A stretch of DNA of 64,000 nt from an uncultured Actinomycetes bacterium (GTDB lineage: Bacteria; Actinomycetota; UBA4738; HRBIN12), in contig CAVPIB010000001.1 in assembly GCA_963704885.1 (NCBI GenBank), positions 736,001 through 800,000 on the forward strand. The letters are read 5' to 3'. A program made the position numbers and the translations under genes. Every line of letters starts with the position of its first letter. Within the stretch, counting starts at the first letter, position 1. Positions 61,214 to 64,000 of this stretch are shown in pieces. Under the pieces are notes generated by a model that saw only the letters and a program-made list of their open reading frames with translations, was not told the origin of the DNA and did not search any database.

Positions 61214-61494
61214 TGCCCAGGTCCGTGAAGAAGGGTCCGTTCGTCGACGAGCACCTGATGGTGAAGATCGACGATATGAACAAGCGCGGCGACAAGCGGG
61301 TCGTGAAGACTTGGTCGCGCCGCTCAACGATCGTGCCCGACATGATCGGGCACACCATCGCTGTGCACGACGGCAGGAAGCATGTGCCGGTGTTCATCTC
61401 GGAGTCGATGGTGGGACACAAGCTCGGGGAGTTCGCGTCGACGCGGACGTTCCGTTCGCACGCGCGAGACGAGCGCAGGACCGGAGTGAGGTAG
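61213..61494 (+). CDS. rpsS: 30S ribosomal protein S19
   Basis: [24 protein letters not shown]. Confidence 0.98.
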   Translation: MPRSVKKGPFVDEHLMVKIDDMNKRGDKRVVKTWSRRSTIVPDMIGHTIAVHDGRKHVPVFISESMVGHKLGEFASTRTFRSHARDERRTGVR

Positions 61495-61498
61495 GAAC

Positions 61499-61843
61499 GT
61501 GGAAGCACGCGCCACCGTCAAATACATCCGCACCTCGCCGCGCAAGATGCGGCGGGTGGTGGATCTGATCCGCGGCCAGCACGTCGAAGAGGCCCGACGG
61601 ATCCTGCGGTTCTCGCCGCTCGGCGCCACGCGTGACGTGGAGAAGCTGCTGAACTCCGCCGTCGCCAATGCCGAGCAGCAGCCGGGCGTCATCTCCGAGA
61701 ACCTGATGGTGTCGCGGGCATGGGTCGACGTGGGGCCGACGCTCAAGCGGTTCCGGCCGCGGGCGTATGGCCGCGCCACCCGGGTGCGCAAGCGCACCGC
61801 GCACGTGACACTGGTCGTGCGAACGATGGGAGAGGAACGCTAA
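61499..61843 (+). CDS. rplV: 50S ribosomal protein L22
   Basis: SPRKMR, SAVANA, RPRAYGRA. Confidence 0.98.
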   Translation: MEARATVKYIRTSPRKMRRVVDLIRGQHVEEARRILRFSPLGATRDVEKLLNSAVANAEQQPGVISENLMVSRAWVDVGPTLKRFRPRAYGRATRVRKRTAHVTLVVRTMGEER

Positions 61844-62727
61844 GTGGGTCACAAGGTCAATCCGTACGGGTTCCGGCTGGGGGTCATCTACCCCTGGAAG
61901 TCCAACTGGTACGCGCGGCGTGAGTACGCCGACCAGCTGCACGAGGATGTGTGGATCCGCAAACACATCCGTTCGCGGTTGTCGCGCGCCGGTATCTCCA
62001 GCATCGACATCGAGCGCAAGGGCGACCAGATCTGGGTCTTCATCCGCACGGCACGTCCGGGCATCGTGATCGGGCGCAAGGGGGCGGAGGTCGACCGACT
62101 GCGCAAAGACGTCGAGCGCTACACCAAGAAGCGTGTCGACGTGAAGGTCGAGGACATGAACCAAGCGGCCAGCGAATCGCGTCCGGAGACGGATGCCGCG
62201 CTCCTGGCCCAGGGCGTCGCCGAACAACTGGTAGGCCGGGTGGCTTTCCGCCGAGCGATGCGCCGAGCCGTCCAAACCGCGATGCGGGCGGGAGCCATGG
62301 GCGTTCGTGTGCAGGCCGGAGGCCGGCTCGGCGGCACAGAGATGTCGCGCAGTGAGTGGTACCGCGAGGGTCGAGTGCCGCTACACACCCTCCGCGCGAA
62401 GATCGACTACGGCACCTCGGAAGCCAAGACCACGTTCGGCCAGATCGGCGTGAAGGTCTGGGTCTACCACGGCGACCAGATACCGGATCGCGAGCAGGCG
62501 ACCGAGCGCGCGCTCGCGCGCGCTCGAGTGGGCACCGGCGGTCGCGCTCCCGCCTCCACGCGGACGACCGCGCCCGCGGCGCCCGCGGTCGCGAAGACGG
62601 CCGCCGAAGCCCCGGCCGCCGTGGCCGTGGCAGAGCCTCCTGTGCCCGAGCCTGTGCCCGAGCCTGCGGTAGAGCCTGTGCCCGAGCCTGCGGTCGAGGC
62701 ACCAACGCCCGAGACTGGTGACGCCTG

Positions 62728-62728
<1 letters not shown>
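61844..62728 (+). CDS. rpsC: 30S ribosomal protein S3 with Ala/Pro-rich tail
   Basis: [30 protein letters not shown]. Confidence 0.98.
62639..62698 (+). repeat. In-frame 12-bp tandem repeat x5 in the rpsC tail
   Basis: CCTGTGCCCGAG and CCTGCGGTnGAG units encoding PVPE/PAVE. Confidence 0.85.
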
Positions 62729-63144
<416 letters not shown>

Positions 63145-63147
63145 GCG

Positions 63148-63396
63148 ATGCCGAGCAAGGCTGCCGAGCTGCGCGAGCTACCCGACGACGAGTTGATCGT
63201 TCGGATGGACGCCGCCAAGGAGGAGCTGTTCAACCTGCGGTTCCAGCTCGCGACCGGGCAGCTGGATAACCCCGCGCGGATGGACCAGGTCCGCCACGAT
63301 GTGGCTCGCATCGCCACGGTGCTCCGCGAGCGCGAGATCGAGCAGGAGCTCGACGCGATCGCGGCCGAGACGGACGATGAGGAGAACATGCAGTGA
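63148..63396 (+). CDS. rpmC: 50S ribosomal protein L29
   Basis: [16 protein letters not shown]. Confidence 0.97.
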   Translation: MPSKAAELRELPDDELIVRMDAAKEELFNLRFQLATGQLDNPARMDQVRHDVARIATVLREREIEQELDAIAAETDDEENMQ

Positions 63397-63668
63397 GCGA
63401 CGAGCAGACCACGATCGAGCGCGGCCGGAGGAAGATCCGCACGGGCGTGGTCGTGTCCGACAAGATGGACAAGACCGTGCTGGTCCGCATCGACCGCCAG
63501 ATGCGTCATGCGCTGTACGGCAAGATCGTTCGGCGTTCGTCCAAGCTTGCCGCCCACGACGAGGCCAACGACGCACGCGTGGGCGACACGGTCCGCGTGA
63601 TGGAGACCAAGCCCCTGTCCAAGACCAAGCGCTGGCGCGTGGTCGAGGTCGTCGAGCGGGCGAAGTAG
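63393..63668 (+). CDS. rpsQ: 30S ribosomal protein S17
   Basis: [22 protein letters not shown]. Confidence 0.98.
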   Translation: MSDEQTTIERGRRKIRTGVVVSDKMDKTVLVRIDRQMRHALYGKIVRRSSKLAAHDEANDARVGDTVRVMETKPLSKTKRWRVVEVVERAK

Positions 63669-63681
63669 GAGACGAGTCAAC

Positions 63682-64000
63682 GTGATCCAACAGGAGACCC
63701 GCTGCAAGGTTGCGGATAACACTGGGGCCAAAGAGGTCCTGTGCATCCGCGTCCTCGGCGGTTCGGGCCGTAGGTACGCGAGGGTCGGCGACGTGATCGT
63801 CGGCACCGTGAAGGATGCCCTGCCCGGCGGCGCTGTGAAGAAGGGCGAGGTCGTACGGGCAGTCGTCGTACGCACCGCGAAGGAGCGACGCCGCCCGGAC
63901 GGCTCCTACATCCGCTTCGACGACAACGCCGTTGTCCTCATCAACGAGCAGAAGAACCCCCGCGGCACACGCATCTTCGGCCCGGTCGCGCGGGAGCTTA
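63682..64000 (+). CDS. rplN: 50S ribosomal protein L14 (3' truncated by window edge)
   Basis: Own translation from GTG: [17 protein letters not shown]...IRFDDNAVV...[12 protein letters not shown]. Confidence 0.97.
   Translation, partial: MIQQETRCKVADNTGAKEVLCIRVLGGSGRRYARVGDVIVGTVKDALPGGAVKKGEVVRAVVVRTAKERRRPDGSYIRFDDNAVVLINEQKNPRGTRIFGPVAREL

Overview
GC-rich chromosomal segment of an Actinomycetota bacterium, probably a deep-branching lineage. The phylum call rests on the actinobacterial coiled-coil insert in RpoC and on the backbone yajQ/tRNA-Tyr/tRNA-Thr/tRNA-Met/rpmG/MaoC pair/tRNA-Trp/secE. Order: nuoH-N; htpX; a PLP aminotransferase plus decarboxylase pair; a CsoR-controlled copper efflux operon; a GH15 hydrolase; a large STAND-type adenylate cyclase; yajQ; tRNA-Tyr; an accessory region with several decaying genes; tRNA-Thr; a two-gene membrane insert; tRNA-Met-tuf-rpmG; secE-nusG-rplKAJL; rpoBC; an inserted IMPase and S8 protease; and the str/S10 ribosomal cluster up to a partial rplN. 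No CRISPR array, integrase or intact transposase was seen. Most notable: (1) two almost identical tuf genes, both encoding EF-Tu with Asp at E. coli Gly257 (thiopeptide GE2270A site) and Gln at Arg233 (pulvomycin site); (2) diverged copies of both ends of the cyclase gene, plus the yajQ 3' end, flanking the yajQ/tRNA-Tyr locus in permuted order; (3) a symmetric variant of the SOS box at dinB; (4) an AACC microsatellite directly after the tRNA-Tyr CCA; (5) many apparently leaderless genes. I found no clearly complete, previously undescribed multi-gene system; these are leads, not proven novelties. All family assignments come from motif recognition by eye, not database searches.
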